From an uncultured Clostridia bacterium (GTDB lineage: Bacteria > Bacillota > Dehalobacteriia > UBA4068): DNA of 64,000 nucleotides. How positions within the stretch are numbered: position 1 is the stretch's first letter; each line of letters begins with the position of its first letter. The notes below the pieces were generated by a model, which worked only from the letters and a program-made list of their open reading frames with translations, made no database searches and was not told where the DNA came from. The stretch spans positions 2,542-66,541 of the forward strand of contig CALXRV010000054.1 of assembly GCA_944390945.1 (NCBI GenBank), written 5' to 3'. Shown piece after piece: positions 1 through 9,987 of the stretch. Made by a program: the position numbers and the translations under genes.

Positions 1-1032
1 GTCAAACACCACGCGCACCGCCTCTGCCAATACAGAATCACTGTATTTGCCTGTACCAAAAGTATCCACCAGCAAGCTGACCGGTTCTGCAACACCGATC
101 GCATAAGCCAGCTGAATCTCACAGCGCCTCGCCAGACCGGCAGCCACGATATTCTTCGCCATATATCGCGCCATATAAGCCGCGCTGCGATCCACTTTCG
201 TCGGATCCTTGCCGGAAAAGCAGCCGCCGCCATGCCGCGCTGCACCGCCATAAGTATCAACGATGATCTTACGGCCAGTCAGGCCGGTATCGCCCTGCGG
301 CCCGCCGATTACAAAGCGACCGGTTGGATTGATCAGGAAGCGTGTGTCTGCATCAACCAGCTCTTTGGGTAAAGTGGCCAGGATCACATTCTGAATGATA
401 TAGGGGCGCAGCACATCCAGCGCCACATCTGCGCGGTGCTGACTGGAAATGACTACGGTATCGATCCTGCGCGGCGTACCATCATCCGCATATTCCACCG
501 TCACCTGGCTCTTGCCATCCGGCAGCAGCGGCGAATGCAGATCTGCCTTGCGCACGGCAGCCAGCCGGCGCGTCAGCTGATGGGCAAGATGGATCGGCAG
601 GGGCATCAATTCTGGCGTCTCATCACAGGCATAGCCAAACATCATCCCCTGGTCGCCGGCACCGATTAGGGAAAACGCATCCGTATCCCCCTGCTTGCGC
701 TCCAACGCGCTGTCCACACCCATTGCGATGTCGCCGGATTGCTCATCAATGGCAGTCATCACCGCACAGGTGTCGCAGTCAAAGCCGAATTTAGCGCGCG
801 TATAGCCGATATCGCGCACAGTATCCCGCACGACATGCGGGATATCCACATAGCATTCCGTTGTAATCTCACCAGCCACAAATACCACGCCCGTCGTGAT
901 AAATGTTTCGCAGGCAACGCGGCTGTTTGGATCATGCGCGATCATCGCATCCAAGATCGCATCCGAAATCTGATCCGCAATCTTATCTGGATGCCCCTCG
1001 GTAACCGATTCAGAAGTGAATAAATATGTCAT
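1..1032 (-). CDS. metK: S-adenosylmethionine synthetase (3' end runs off window)
   Basis: Not in the ORF track. Reverse strand from ATG 1032 reads [17 protein letters not shown]; GAGDQG and GGCFSGKD motifs; SD AGGGAGG; follows coaBC. Confidence 0.97.
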   Translation of the reverse strand, partial: MTYLFTSESVTEGHPDKIADQISDAILDAMIAHDPNSRVACETFITTGVVFVAGEITTECYVDIPHVVRDTVRDIGYTRAKFGFDCDTCAVMTAIDEQSGDIAMGVDSALERKQGDTDAFSLIGAGDQGMMFGYACDETPELMPLPIHLAHQLTRRLAAVRKADLHSPLLPDGKSQVTVEYADDGTPRRIDTVVISSQHRADVALDVLRPYIIQNVILATLPKELVDADTRFLINPTGRFVIGGPQGDTGLTGRKIIVDTYGGAARHGGGCFSGKDPTKVDRSAAYMARYMAKNIVAAGLARRCEIQLAYAIGVAEPVSLLVDTFGTGKYSDSVLAEAVRVVFD

Positions 1033-1056
1033 TTCCGACCTCCCTTTACAGATTAC

Positions 1057-2277
1057 TCATTTCTTGTCATTCATTTTCATCCGTTCTGCAATCATTCTGA
1101 TGATGCGTGCTGCCACTTCCCGTTTTGATAACAACGGCCACTGTTCCATCGCCAGGCCACCTTCTGCCGCAGCCTCTGGCCAAACCGCAGTAACGATATT
1201 CGTTTCCACATCAAAGCCAGCGCCAGGCTGCGCCACATCGTTGGCAATAATCAGATCTAAATTCTTCCGGCGCAGCTTATCTGCAGCATATGTGGCGATA
1301 TCTGCCGTTTCCGCCGCAACGCCGGTCAAAAATCGTCCTTCCTTATGCTCTCCCAACGACTGCAGAATATCCACGGTACGCACCAACTGCAGCGTTTCAT
1401 CGCCGCCTTTTTTCTGCTTCTGCGCAGCGCGCTCAGCCGGCCGGTAATCAGCTACTGCCGCAGCCATGACCACGATATCCGCATCCGTATATTCCGCCCA
1501 GACGGCATCATACATTTCAGCAGCTGAGACCACATGTATCGTACGCATGCCAGCTGCATCCGGCAAAGCGGAAGGACCAAGCACAAAAACGACATCCGCA
1601 CCGGCATCACGCGCAGCTTCTGCCACAGCCAGGCCCATCCGGCCACTGGAACGATTGCCGATAAACCGTACCGGATCGATATATTCATAGGTTGGCCCGC
1701 CGGTAACGAGCACCTTTTTTCCAGCCAGCAGCTGCGACTGTGCAAAAAAAGCGCAGACTGCCTCTTTGATCGTTTCCACATCAGCCAGTCTCCCCTGGCC
1801 AACAGCGCCACAGGCCAAACGGCCAAAACCCGGCTCGATCATCTGCCAGCCGCGATCGCGCAGAAGAGATAGGTTCGCTTGTGTCGCCGGATGCTGATAC
1901 ATATTACTGTGCATTGCCGGCGCGCAGAGCACCGGTGCTTTGGTCGCCAACAGCGCAGCGCTCAACAAATCATCCGCCAATCCATGTGCGGCTTTGGCCA
2001 AAAGATTCGCAGTTGCCGGCACAATCAGGAACAGCTCGCATTCCGCAAGATCAATATGCGGCACATGAAAGGCGTCATCCTCGGTCATGATGTCACAACC
2101 CACGGCATTGCCGGAAAGGGTCTTCATCACCAATGGCGTGATAAAATGCGTCGCACCCTCTGTCATCGCCACCCGTACGACAGCCCCCTGCTGCTTCAGC
2201 CAGCTGACAATATCCGCAGCCTTATATGCAGCAATACCGCCGGTCACGCCGACGGTAATCTTCCTGCCTTTCAGCAT
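1057..2277 (-). CDS. coaBC: bifunctional phosphopantothenoylcysteine decarboxylase/ligase
   Basis: GVTGGIAAYK, PATAN, PAMH, DPVRFIGNRSSG and AAVADY motifs; gmk-rpoZ-coaBC synteny. Confidence 0.97.
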   Translation of the reverse strand: MLKGRKITVGVTGGIAAYKAADIVSWLKQQGAVVRVAMTEGATHFITPLVMKTLSGNAVGCDIMTEDDAFHVPHIDLAECELFLIVPATANLLAKAAHGLADDLLSAALLATKAPVLCAPAMHSNMYQHPATQANLSLLRDRGWQMIEPGFGRLACGAVGQGRLADVETIKEAVCAFFAQSQLLAGKKVLVTGGPTYEYIDPVRFIGNRSSGRMGLAVAEAARDAGADVVFVLGPSALPDAAGMRTIHVVSAAEMYDAVWAEYTDADIVVMAAAVADYRPAERAAQKQKKGGDETLQLVRTVDILQSLGEHKEGRFLTGVAAETADIATYAADKLRRKNLDLIIANDVAQPGAGFDVETNIVTAVWPEAAAEGGLAMEQWPLLSKREVAARIIRMIAERMKMNDKK

Positions 2278-2293
2278 GTCCAGCCCTCCGCGC

Positions 2294-2545
2294 TTAAATC
2301 ACCGTATCCTGCTGTTGTTCTGGCTGTGTTTCTTCCGGCTGCGCTGGTTGAGCCGCATTGCTCCAATGCAGCGTTCCGTCCGCCACTTCATTCAGCGCGA
2401 TCGAAACCGGGTTAACGCCAGGCATTGAGGCTAATTCCGGATTCTTATCAATCATCGCCCGTGCACGCTTTGCAGCAACAATCACCAGCGTATATTTGGA
2501 ATCCACATTCTGCATCAGTTCGCTCAAGGTAGGTTTATTTAACAA
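2294..2545 (-). CDS. rpoZ: RNA polymerase omega subunit
   Basis: DSKYTLVIVAAKRAR...NPVSIALNEV; lies between gmk and coaBC. Confidence 0.95.
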   Translation of the reverse strand: MLNKPTLSELMQNVDSKYTLVIVAAKRARAMIDKNPELASMPGVNPVSIALNEVADGTLHWSNAAQPAQPEETQPEQQQDTVI

Positions 2546-3141
2546 TCTGCTTTCTCCTTTTTTATATTCCGTTTCAGTTGTTCTGCACGGATTACCGCCA
2601 TCAGCTGATCCGCCGCCCGCTCCACCTCATCGTTGACGATCTGATAATCATACATTGGCGCCATTTCGATCTCCTGCTGGGCATGCATCAGGCGAACCTG
2701 CTGCACCTCCGGCGGTTCAGAACCGCGGCCGCTGATACGGCGCTGCAATTCTTCCAGCGAAGGCGGCAGGATAAAAACAAACACCCCAGAGGGGCAAACA
2801 GACCTGATCTGCATTGCCCCTTGGGTATCAATCTCCAATATTACATTTTTTCCCTGCTGCTGCAGCCGCTCAACTTCAGAACGCAAAGTGCCGTAATAAT
2901 GCCCGAAATTTTCCGCCCACTCCAGGAATTCCCCAGCCGCGCGGCGGCGCAGGAACTCTTCTTCCGAAATGAAATAGTATGCCACGCCATCCTGTTCACC
3001 CTGGCGCGGCTGGCGGGTGGTTGCGGAAACTGCATAGCAAACATCCGCATGCCGCTGCTGCAATGCCCGGCAAATGCTGCCTTTTCCTACGCCGCTGGGG
3101 CCGGATACCACGATCAAGATGCCCTCTCCGTTTTTGCTCAT
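2539..3141 (-). CDS. gmk: guanylate kinase
   Basis: P-loop SGPSGVGKG, SATTRQPRQGEQDGVAYYF, YYGT, LEIDTQGA. Confidence 0.97.
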   Translation of the reverse strand: MSKNGEGILIVVSGPSGVGKGSICRALQQRHADVCYAVSATTRQPRQGEQDGVAYYFISEEEFLRRRAAGEFLEWAENFGHYYGTLRSEVERLQQQGKNVILEIDTQGAMQIRSVCPSGVFVFILPPSLEELQRRISGRGSEPPEVQQVRLMHAQQEIEMAPMYDYQIVNDEVERAADQLMAVIRAEQLKRNIKKEKADC

Positions 3142-3178
3142 CGTCGATCCTCCCGATACAGCGCCAAACCAAACCCGG

Positions 3179-3424
3179 CTAAATCGACTCGTTCATCCGG
3201 GAAATGATCGTTTCCGGCAGGATGGCAGAAAGGATGAGATGGCGGCTATCCATCACAATCACTGCGCGCGTCCTTCTGCCGCAGGTTGCATCCAGCAAAA
3301 GGCCATTGTCACGCGCATCTGCAATCAGGCGTTTGACTGGCGCAGATTCCGGATTCACCACAGCCACGACACGTCGTGCGGAAACACTGTTCCCATAACC
3401 GATGTTCACCAGGACAGCAGGCAT
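3179..3424 (-). CDS. remA: RemA/DUF370 family regulator
   Basis: [28 protein letters not shown]...[12 protein letters not shown]; directly upstream of gmk; start re-set to ATG 3424. Confidence 0.93.
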   Translation of the reverse strand: MPAVLVNIGYGNSVSARRVVAVVNPESAPVKRLIADARDNGLLLDATCGRRTRAVIVMDSRHLILSAILPETIISRMNESI

Positions 3425-3446
3425 ATCTGTCATTTGACCAGGCAAA

Positions 3447-3755
3447 TCAGGAAAGCTTCTCCAGCAACTGCGCCTTCTGACGGCTGCCCAGGCCCTGAAC
3501 ACGGCGCGCCTCGTCAATGCCGATCTCTTCCATCAGCTTGGCAGCGGTGATCTTGCCGATCTGCGGCAGACTCTCCAGCAAATATTTTACCCGCATTTTC
3601 GCATAGATCTCATTTTCCGCATCGTTAAGGATATCAGCCAAGGACAATTTGCCCGCTTTCAGCTGTTTGCGGATCTCCATGCGCTGGCTACGGATCTGCT
3701 GCGCTTTCTCCAGCGCATTTTTCCTTTGCTCAGCAGTCAGTTTTGGGATAGACAT
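3447..3755 (-). CDS. mihF: integration host factor, actinobacterial type (mIHF/sIHF, H2TH fold)
   Basis: [15 protein letters not shown]...[26 protein letters not shown]...[10 protein letters not shown] matches recalled mIHF/sIHF sequences; SD GGAGGTG. Confidence 0.92.
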   Translation of the reverse strand: MSIPKLTAEQRKNALEKAQQIRSQRMEIRKQLKAGKLSLADILNDAENEIYAKMRVKYLLESLPQIGKITAAKLMEEIGIDEARRVQGLGSRQKAQLLEKLS

Positions 3756-3772
3756 AACGACACCTCCATGAT

Positions 3773-4651
3773 TTATTCAATATTCTGGATCTGCTCCCTT
3801 ATCTTTTCCAATTCACTCTTTGCTTCGATGACCCGTTTATTAATGTCCAAAGCATTGGATTTAGAGCCAATAGTATTCACTTCCCGCAACATCTCCTGCT
3901 GGATAAATTCCAGCTTTCTCCCGACAGGCTCCGCGGAAGTCAAGGATGTACGGAACTGCTGGATGTGGCTGCCAAACCGGGTCAGCTCTTCACTGATATC
4001 TACCTTGTCCGCAAAGAAAGCAATCTCATTCGCCAAGCGTGCTTCATCCACAGCAACATTTTCCAGCAATTCAGCGATCCGCTGCTGCAGTTTCTGCTGC
4101 TGTTCCCGCACGACATGTGGCGCAAACGCAGAGATCTCGGAAATCAAGCGTTCAAGGGTGCCCAGCCGCTCTTCCAGATCGCTGCCTAACGCCGCCCCCT
4201 CCTGCTCCCGCATCCGGGATAAAGCAGCAGCCGCTTCTGCCGCTGCCTGCAGCAGCAGGCAAGTCAAACTTTCTTCATCATCTGCCGCACTCTCGACGCG
4301 CAAAGCGCCACTTGCTGCAGCCAGCTGCGTCAAACTGATATCGCAGGGCAGCCCGCAGCACTCTGCTAGCTCCGACAATGCTTTATGATACGCTATGGCC
4401 AGCTCCTTGTCAACCTTTATCACAGCGTTTTTCGCGCCGACCTGCTCAAATGTCACAAAAACATCGATCTTGCCGCGGGAAAAATACTTTTGCAGCAGTT
4501 TTTTCAGCGCATCCTCCTGGCTGGCGAGCTGGCGCGGTATCCGTACCGACGTCTCCAGGAAACGGTGGTTGACTGCCTTCATCTCTACCGTAATCTGATA
4601 TTCATCGCTTTGTGCCATTGCACGGCCAAAACCGGTCATACTCCTGATCAA
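3773..4651 (-). CDS. yloC: YicC/YloC family endoribonuclease
   Basis: IRSMTGFGR, VNHRFLE, GRKLEFIQQEMLREVNTIGSK, EKIREQIQNIE; TTG start at 4651 behind GGGGAG. Confidence 0.95.
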   Translation of the reverse strand: MIRSMTGFGRAMAQSDEYQITVEMKAVNHRFLETSVRIPRQLASQEDALKKLLQKYFSRGKIDVFVTFEQVGAKNAVIKVDKELAIAYHKALSELAECCGLPCDISLTQLAAASGALRVESAADDEESLTCLLLQAAAEAAAALSRMREQEGAALGSDLEERLGTLERLISEISAFAPHVVREQQQKLQQRIAELLENVAVDEARLANEIAFFADKVDISEELTRFGSHIQQFRTSLTSAEPVGRKLEFIQQEMLREVNTIGSKSNALDINKRVIEAKSELEKIREQIQNIE

Positions 4652-4717
4652 GAGTTTCTCCCCACTATGGTATAAAATATTCGTCCATCCTGCGCAAACG
4701 GCATTTTCTGCGCATAA

Positions 4718-4746
4718 TATTTCTACCTCTGGCAGGGGATTCCTGC
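4718..4746 (-). promoter_or_regulatory. SigH-like promoter upstream of the yloC operon
   Basis: Minus strand GCAGGAATC-N11-GTAGAAATA versus SigH consensus RNAGGAWWW-N11/12-RNNGAAT. Confidence 0.45.
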
Positions 4747-4885
4747 TTTTGCAATGATTTTTCTTGACTTTTTTCCTGCTTAAAGCTATCGTAATATCAA
4801 TTGCCGGCTTTGCAAGCCACTCCGGATATTGCGAAACACGCGCCGCAATCCGCAGCCGGCAAAACTGGCAAAGGAGGAAGATCTC

Positions 4886-6661
4886 ATGGCTTTTGATTCT
4901 TTGGCTCTCGCTGCCGTCGCAGCAGAGCTGCGCAGCGAACTGGCGGATGCGCGAATTCAAAAAATCCATCAGCCAGACAAGCATACCCTGCTGCTACGCT
5001 ACCACGGCCAGGCTGGACGCGGCTGCTTGCTTCTTTCCAGCCACCCGCAAAATGGCCGCCTGCATAAAACTGCTGCCGCTCGGGAAAATCCGGAAAAAGC
5101 ACCGCTATTCGCCATGGTACTGCGCAAATGGTTGGATGGCGCGCGCATTATCGATCTGGCAGTTACCGATTGCGAACGTGTTGCAGAACTGCGGTTTTTA
5201 TCGCGCAATGAACTGGGGGATAGCGTACGTCTGCGCCTGATTATTGAAATCATGGGCAAGCACAGCAACATCATACTCGTTGACGAAAAAGGGGTCATCA
5301 TCGACGGTATCCGCCGCTATGGCAGCTCGCTCTCGCGATACCGTGAAGTCCTGCCCGGCCGCACATACCGTGAACCCCCCAAACAGCTGCGCACACCACT
5401 CCCCCCTGCCGATGAAGAAACGCTGGCCACAGTACTTTACGCAGCTGCGGAAGAGTGCACGCTTGCGGAAACGCTGCAGAGGCGAATCGCCGGCATCTCC
5501 CCCCTGCTCGCGCAGCATATTTCCCTGCAGGCCGGTCTGCAGCCGAATATGACAGCGGAGCAACTTGGCGCCGCGGATATCGATAATCTGATGAAAAGTC
5601 TGCAGGAGCTGCGGCAACGTATTGCTACCGCAAACTATCAGCCAACTCTCTTGCTGAAGCATGGAAAGCCAGCTGATTTCGCTGCCATCAGCCCCCTATC
5701 CTGGCGTGGTGACGAGACCCTGTCCATGGTTTCCATGAACGAAGCAGTAGACGCTTTTTATGCCGCCCGCGAAGCAGAGCAACAATTTCTGGCACGGCAA
5801 AAGCAAATCAATAAACAGCTCAGTCGTCAGATCAACCGTTTGAATCGTAAGATCAGCCTGCAGGAAACGGATCTTGCGCAATGTGAAGCAGCCGACGAGT
5901 ATAAAGCGTTTGGCGACCTGCTTGCGGCAAACCTCTATCACCTGCGCAAAGGGATGGACAGCATTTCCCTGCCCTCCTTTTATCAGCCGGAACAGCAGAT
6001 CACAATACCGCTTGAACCTGCGCTTTCTCCGCAGGAAAATGTACAACGCTATTATCATCGTTATGCGAAAGCAAAGCACAGTTATGGGCTGATCGAACAG
6101 CAACTGCAGGCAAACCAAGAAGAGCTTGCCTATGCGCTGGGCATCGAACAAGCGCTGCAAGACAGCGAAAGGATGAGCGATCTGACAGAGCTGGAACGGG
6201 AATGTATCCATGCCGGTTACCTTCCTCCGCTGCAGCCGGCGCATAAGACGAAAAGGCAAAATGAAGCAAAGCCAACCGCGCTTCCGCCGCGCTGCTATCG
6301 AACAAGCGACGGCCTGACGGTATTGATCGGCCGCAACAACCGCCAGAACGACCGGCTCAGCTTGCGGCAAGCCGCTCCGGATGACCTTTGGTTGCACGCG
6401 CAGAAGATTCCAGGCAGTCACGTCATCCTGGTCACGGAAGGACGTGAAGCGCCGGAAAGCAGCATTGTGGAAGCTGCCAGCTGGGCAGCATGGTTCAGCA
6501 AAGCGCGTGACAGCGGACAGGTGGCGGTGGATATTTTGCCGGCCGGTAAATTAAAAAAACCTCAGGGGGCAAGACCAGGTTTTGTTGTCTATACCGGCCA
6601 GCGTACCATCTATACCAAGCCAGCCCCCCCGCCAACCGAAGCCGCGCTGGCAGAAAACTGA
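4886..6661 (+). CDS. rqcH: ribosome quality-control protein RqcH (NFACT/FbpA/YloA)
   Basis: MAFD..., RIQKIHQP, IEIMGKHSNIIL, coiled coils, IGRNNRQND, WLHAQKIPGSHV; SD AAGGAGG; divergent from yloC. Confidence 0.95.
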   Translation: MAFDSLALAAVAAELRSELADARIQKIHQPDKHTLLLRYHGQAGRGCLLLSSHPQNGRLHKTAAARENPEKAPLFAMVLRKWLDGARIIDLAVTDCERVAELRFLSRNELGDSVRLRLIIEIMGKHSNIILVDEKGVIIDGIRRYGSSLSRYREVLPGRTYREPPKQLRTPLPPADEETLATVLYAAAEECTLAETLQRRIAGISPLLAQHISLQAGLQPNMTAEQLGAADIDNLMKSLQELRQRIATANYQPTLLLKHGKPADFAAISPLSWRGDETLSMVSMNEAVDAFYAAREAEQQFLARQKQINKQLSRQINRLNRKISLQETDLAQCEAADEYKAFGDLLAANLYHLRKGMDSISLPSFYQPEQQITIPLEPALSPQENVQRYYHRYAKAKHSYGLIEQQLQANQEELAYALGIEQALQDSERMSDLTELERECIHAGYLPPLQPAHKTKRQNEAKPTALPPRCYRTSDGLTVLIGRNNRQNDRLSLRQAAPDDLWLHAQKIPGSHVILVTEGREAPESSIVEAASWAAWFSKARDSGQVAVDILPAGKLKKPQGARPGFVVYTGQRTIYTKPAPPPTEAALAEN

Positions 6662-6752
6662 TTCCATCCGTTTACGCTTCTCGGCGCAGGCTGCACATCC
6701 CGTACTCCCTTGTAGGCAGTTAGAACAAAATACAAAATTTGCCAATTTTTTA

Positions 6753-6781
6753 TTGCAATTACCTATTAAATGTGATAGAAT
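6753..6781 (+). promoter_or_regulatory. SigA promoter with extended -10 for the symporter gene
   Basis: TTGCAA-N17-TAGAAT with TG at the extended position and an AT-rich upstream tract. Confidence 0.65.
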
Positions 6782-6859
6782 TAACCAACCACCTGACCGG
6801 CCTGATCCTGCAGAGGCCGGTTATGGTTTATCGCGATAAAATACGGATAAAGGAGGTCG

Positions 6860-8305
6860 ATGGTATTGAGCAGCTTTGTCGAATCATTCTCACAAGCAGA
6901 ACGTGCTGTTAACGGTGTTGTCTGGGGTTGGCCTATGATGATTCTCTTCCTTGGCGTTGGGCTATGGCTGACAGTTGGCAACGGATTCGTTCAATTTATT
7001 CATTTTGGCTACGTAATGAAGAACACTCTGGGCAAGGTCTTCAAACAGAAAAAAGTTGACGACAAAGGGGCGGTGACGCCTTTCCAGGCTGTTTCTACAG
7101 CATTGGCGTCCACCGTTGGTACGGGCAATATTGCCGGTGTTGCTGGTGCGATCGCGATCGGTGGACCGGGTGCTGTTTTTTGGATGTGGATTTCCGCGCT
7201 GCTCGGCATGGCGACAAAATTTTCTGAAGTCGCGCTTGCCATCCATTTCCGCGAACGCAATCCGAAAGGCGACTGGATTGGTGGCCCGATGTTTTACATC
7301 AGCAAGGGCCTTGGCCGCGGTTGGAAATGGCTGGCCGTACTTTTTGCCATCATCGGCGCATTAACTGCTTTTGGTATCGGCAACCTGACCCAATTAAATT
7401 CCATCGCGGGTACGGTTTCCAATGTCTTCATTAGTTTCTCCGCAAATCCGGAAGCGCTGAACATCGGGCGCATCAATCTGATCGTCGGTATCGTCGTCGC
7501 CATCATCATGGCGCTGATCCTTTTCGGCGGCATCAAACGAATCGGCGCAACGGCAGAAAAAATCGTTCCTTTCATGGCGATCCTCTACATCGTTGGCGGC
7601 CTGGCCGTGATCATCACACATATCAGCAGCATCGGACCTGTTTTCCGCGATATCTTTACCGGCGCTTTCGGCGGATTTCAGCCGATTGCCGGCGGCGTGG
7701 CCGGCTTCGCCATTTCGGAAACCATAAAACGGGGTATTTCGCGCGGCGTCTTTTCCAATGAAGCAGGCCTTGGTTCTGCGCCAATCGCCCATGCGGCGGC
7801 CCATACAAAAGATCCGGTTCAGCAGGGGCTTTATGGTATTCTGGAAGTTTTCCTTGATACTATCGTCATCTGCTCATTAACCTCGCTGATCGTGCTGATG
7901 AGCGGCACGCCGATCGAATGGGGCATGAATGCTGGTGCAGAACTGACCACCGCTGGTCTGGCCACCGTATTTGGTGCAAAGGCAGCCTCTCTTTACATGG
8001 CGATTGCGCTTGGCTGCTTTGCTTTTACTACTGTGCTCGGTTGGTCCCTTTACGGCACACGCTGCATTGAATTTCTGTTTGGGGTCAAGGCAATCCGCAT
8101 CTACCAAATCATCTTTGTTGCTATGGTTGTCGTTGGCGCCACGATGGAGCTCGACATGGCCTGGAATATTGCTGAGACGCTGAACGGCATGATGGCAATT
8201 CCTAACCTGATCGGTCTGGCATTGCTTTCTCCCCTCGCATTCAAGCTGACAAAGAATTATTTTGCCCGCGTAAAAGCTGGCGAAATTATTGATGAAGAAG
8301 AATAG
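6860..8305 (+). CDS. alanine/glycine:cation symporter (AgcS/AlsT family)
   Basis: LASTVGTGNIAGVA, GGPGAVFWMW, GGPMFYI, RGVFSNEAGLGSAP; multiple TM segments. Confidence 0.95.
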   Translation: MVLSSFVESFSQAERAVNGVVWGWPMMILFLGVGLWLTVGNGFVQFIHFGYVMKNTLGKVFKQKKVDDKGAVTPFQAVSTALASTVGTGNIAGVAGAIAIGGPGAVFWMWISALLGMATKFSEVALAIHFRERNPKGDWIGGPMFYISKGLGRGWKWLAVLFAIIGALTAFGIGNLTQLNSIAGTVSNVFISFSANPEALNIGRINLIVGIVVAIIMALILFGGIKRIGATAEKIVPFMAILYIVGGLAVIITHISSIGPVFRDIFTGAFGGFQPIAGGVAGFAISETIKRGISRGVFSNEAGLGSAPIAHAAAHTKDPVQQGLYGILEVFLDTIVICSLTSLIVLMSGTPIEWGMNAGAELTTAGLATVFGAKAASLYMAIALGCFAFTTVLGWSLYGTRCIEFLFGVKAIRIYQIIFVAMVVVGATMELDMAWNIAETLNGMMAIPNLIGLALLSPLAFKLTKNYFARVKAGEIIDEEE

Positions 8306-8342
8306 CGTAGTACTCACCTTTGGATATCCCTGGCAGCGAAGA

Positions 8343-8372
8343 AAAAGCAGGAGGCCGCAGCCTCCTGCTTTT
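8343..8372. terminator. bidirectional intrinsic terminator
   Basis: AAAAGCAGGAGGC-cgca-GCCTCCTGCTTTT between convergent genes. Confidence 0.85.
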
Positions 8373-8394
8373 GTTTTCGTTATCAATACAACCG

Positions 8395-8820
8395 TCATTC
8401 CGATTCACAAAAGTAAAGGATAACGTCTTTCCGCGTCACAATGCCAACAAAAGCATCTCGATCATCGATCACCGGTACAAAATTTTGTTCTGTCACCAAC
8501 TGCAACAACTCATGCATAGTGGCGGTAATATGTACCGGATGGCACCAGTCAGGCCGCAGGATATCGCGAACCAAATAATCTTCCTGCGCTTTAGGGGAAC
8601 AGGCATTCTCGTCCACCACTTTCCACAGGAAATCGCCTTCGCTCACCGTACCGGCATAAGTGCCATCCTCGCGGATGACCGGAATCGCGCTATAGCCATG
8701 CCGCCGCATCTTTTCCATCCCCTGGCGCAACGTATTATAATCATAGAGAAAAGCCACATCATGCTTAGGCTTCAGCAGGAAAAGGAAATTCATTTTATCA
8801 TGATCAATATGCATCAGCAC
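8395..8820 (-). CDS. stand-alone CBS-pair protein, YkuL/DarB-like
   Basis: GYSAIPVI...GTVSEGD and NFVPVIDD...FVGIVTRKDV; two CBS repeats with no other domain. Confidence 0.85.
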   Translation of the reverse strand: MLMHIDHDKMNFLFLLKPKHDVAFLYDYNTLRQGMEKMRRHGYSAIPVIREDGTYAGTVSEGDFLWKVVDENACSPKAQEDYLVRDILRPDWCHPVHITATMHELLQLVTEQNFVPVIDDRDAFVGIVTRKDVILYFCESE

Positions 8821-8844
8821 AGCTCCTTCCCTAGCGTGACATGA

Positions 8845-9477
8845 TCAGCCACGCGGCATATATGGGTTCTGCCTGCGTTCATCATCCAATCTGGTGGATG
8901 GCCCATGCCCGGGTAACGCCAGACGATCGCCTGGCAGCGCCGCCAGGTGAGCCAGGGAAGCTCTCATCGCCGCCTCGTCGCCGCCGGGTAAATCACAACG
9001 GCCGCAGGAAAGACGGAAAAGCGTATCCCCACAAAACAGTAAATCTTCACAAAGCAAACAAATGCCGCCAGGCGTATGCCCCGGTGTATGCAGCACGTGC
9101 AGGCAGAGTTTACCCAATGCAATCTGATCCCCGTCATGGAGTAGGCGCGTGGCTTTGCCGCCCACGCCATTGCCGCCAAAATTGCGTGCCAGACTAAGTG
9201 AAGCATCTGTCAGCATCGGCGCATCCAGCTCGTGAATCAGGATCGGCGCGCCGGTAACTTCCGCCAATTCAGCATTTGCCCCAATATGATCCCAATGCCC
9301 ATGCGTATCAATGATCATGCAGATCTCTGCACCTGCTTGTTCCGCTTCACGCAGGATGCGGCCGGCATCCCCAGCCGGATCGATCACTGCTGCCTGATGG
9401 CTGTCCGTATCGATCAACAAATAGCAATTCGTACCCAACGGCGGCAGCTGCATGGTAATCAGCCCGTATTTTCCCAT
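8845..9477 (-). CDS. MBL-fold metallo-hydrolase (glyoxalase II-like)
   Basis: THGHWDHIG, HTPGHTPG, GDTLF, PGHG; usual rel-dtd-MBL synteny. Confidence 0.93.
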   Translation of the reverse strand: MGKYGLITMQLPPLGTNCYLLIDTDSHQAAVIDPAGDAGRILREAEQAGAEICMIIDTHGHWDHIGANAELAEVTGAPILIHELDAPMLTDASLSLARNFGGNGVGGKATRLLHDGDQIALGKLCLHVLHTPGHTPGGICLLCEDLLFCGDTLFRLSCGRCDLPGGDEAAMRASLAHLAALPGDRLALPGHGPSTRLDDERRQNPYMPRG

Positions 9478-9529
9478 CGTCGTTCCTTTCTCTCCTGTTC
9501 TTCCCGGCAAAATCCCCGCATATCTCATG

Positions 9530-9976
9530 TCAGCGCATGGGCGATTCCAGCAAAAGGGTCACCGGTCCGTCGTTTTCGATATACACCAACATTTCCGCCT
9601 GAAACACCCCGGTCTGTACCGGTACGCCAGCTTCCCGCAGACAAGCGGTATAATATTCATAGAGCCGGTTTGCGGTTTCCGCGTCCGCCGCCTGATCAAA
9701 GCCAGGCCGGTTGCCGCGCCTTGTATCCGCATACAGCGTAAACTGGGAAACAACCAGTACGCTGCCACCCACATCCAATACCGAACGGTTCATCTTGCCG
9801 TTTTCATCCGTAAAAATGCGCAGCGCCGCTGTTTTGCGCGCCAGATATGCCGCATCTTCTTCGCAATCCCCCTTGCCGGCGCCAAACAGTGCCACCAACC
9901 CACAGCCGATACGCCCTACCTCTCGACCGCCGGTCTCAACCGAACCTGCTTTTACCCGCTGCAGCAATACGCGCAT
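9530..9976 (-). CDS. dtd: D-aminoacyl-tRNA deacylase
   Basis: [25 protein letters not shown]. Confidence 0.97.
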   Translation of the reverse strand: MRVLLQRVKAGSVETGGREVGRIGCGLVALFGAGKGDCEEDAAYLARKTAALRIFTDENGKMNRSVLDVGGSVLVVSQFTLYADTRRGNRPGFDQAADAETANRLYEYYTACLREAGVPVQTGVFQAEMLVYIENDGPVTLLLESPMR

Positions 9977-9987
9977 AGATGATTCTC

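Noticed and set aside
1033-1056. SAM riboswitch before metK
   Set aside because: Only 24 bp separate coaBC and metK.
6662-6859. Possible glycine riboswitch before the alanine/glycine symporter
   Set aside because: The leader after the promoter is about 70 nt with one simple hairpin and no aptamer motifs.
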